Virus record (IMG/VR): IMGVR_UViG_3300025326_000038
Coordinates: 1-55,435 of that record
Length of the DNA: 55,435 nt
Source of the DNA: a virus
Taxonomy: Duplodnaviria; Caudoviricetes
Reading direction: 5' to 3' (one strand)
The position numbers and the translations under genes are program-made. Each line of letters opens with the position of its first letter. Position 1 is the first letter of the stretch. Positions 54,779 to 55,435 of this stretch are shown piece by piece. Under the pieces are notes generated by a model. That model made no database searches. It was not told the DNA's origin and worked only from the letters and a program-made list of their open reading frames with translations.

Positions 54779-55009
54779 ATCCGTGGGTCTGGCTACTCCT
54801 GGCGCTCGCGTGTTTGCCAATCCCAGAACTACTCGCTCTTTGGCTCAGACCATGACCGACATCGAGGCGGCGTTGCGGGCGGTGCCGCTGCGGATGTGTG
54901 CCATGTGCCAGGCTCGTGGCATGCGATGTGAGGAACCTGTGCTCGACTACCCCGCGCCCGGCCAGGTCGTCGCCTGCCCCGTGCTGTTCCTCGACGGGCG
55001 GTAGGGCCG

Positions 55010-55216
55010 ATGGCTGACGACTCGCGCGTCCGGTCGTACTGCGTGACGTTCCTCAACCTCGTCAATCGCACGAAGCACGAGGTCCTCGTCTCAACATGGC
55101 GGGAAGCGAGCGCGCACCGAGTCGCGCAGATTGGGCTCGCCGCGCACCTCACGAAGACCGCCGGCCAGATCCAGCACTGGGTTCACGACTCGACGGCGGA
55201 GATTGGACCCTCTTGA
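55010..55216 (+). CDS. Hypothetical protein, allele B
   Basis: Homologue of 10314-10520. Confidence 0.7.
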   Translation: MADDSRVRSYCVTFLNLVNRTKHEVLVSTWREASAHRVAQIGLAAHLTKTAGQIQHWVHDSTAEIGPS

Positions 55217-55308
55217 CAATGGACAGGCTGCTATGAATCGAGGACATTCCTCCCTCGTGACGAACGGGGATCTCGGATGATCGTGCGGAACTCCCCGCCC
55301 TGATGCCG

Positions 55309-55435
55309 ACGCTCGCCGACTGGCTCACGTCGCGCATCCCCCCGAACAGCCTTGAGGCCGAGCGCGCGGTCCTGGGCGTCGCCCTCCTCGACCGCGCCGG
55401 GCCGGCCGCGCTCTGCCGGACGCTCCGCGCCGAGG
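55309..55435. repeat. Exact 127-nt copy of 10585-10711 (helicase gene start; partial CDS from 55303)
   Basis: Identity from 55309 to the window end; mismatch at 55308/10584. Confidence 0.95.

Overview
The whole window is a high-GC temperate tailed phage genome of siphovirus-like layout, with a unit length of about 46 kb; no host genes, rRNA, intact tRNA or CRISPR are visible. Its structure is early arm A (1-10.7 kb), a single core (replication, terminase, portal, fused protease-scaffold-capsid, tail, lysis, fibre/adhesin genes, cI/cro switch; 10.7-46.1 kb) and early arm B (46.1-55.4 kb), a diverged mosaic homologue of arm A. The window ends are exact internal copies (1-121 = 46014-46134; 55309-55435 = 10585-10711), so it probably merges two co-occurring variants of one circular phage. 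Highlights: (1) an ORF-less group I intron (38849-39104) splits a putative fibre subunit gene and also sits inside the stop codon of an overlapping upstream endonuclease gene. (2) A ~22-aa 'TPxxGxLxLxGxAP' module builds one all-repeat protein and recurs as a C-terminal tag on three unrelated late proteins, a candidate plug-in fibre system; one tagged peptide follows a beta-helix gene in frame across a single TAG. (3) A LAGLIDADG domain is inserted in frame in a DNA methyltransferase with no intein splicing motifs. (4) There is a glycosylation toolkit: an O-antigen-ligase-like gene right after the capsid gene, a GT41/OGT-like gene, and a methyltransferase-DUF115/Maf-like fusion. (5) Five homing-endonuclease-like elements are present, several with AT-richer flanking patches. 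All family calls are from motif recognition by eye; no database searches were run.
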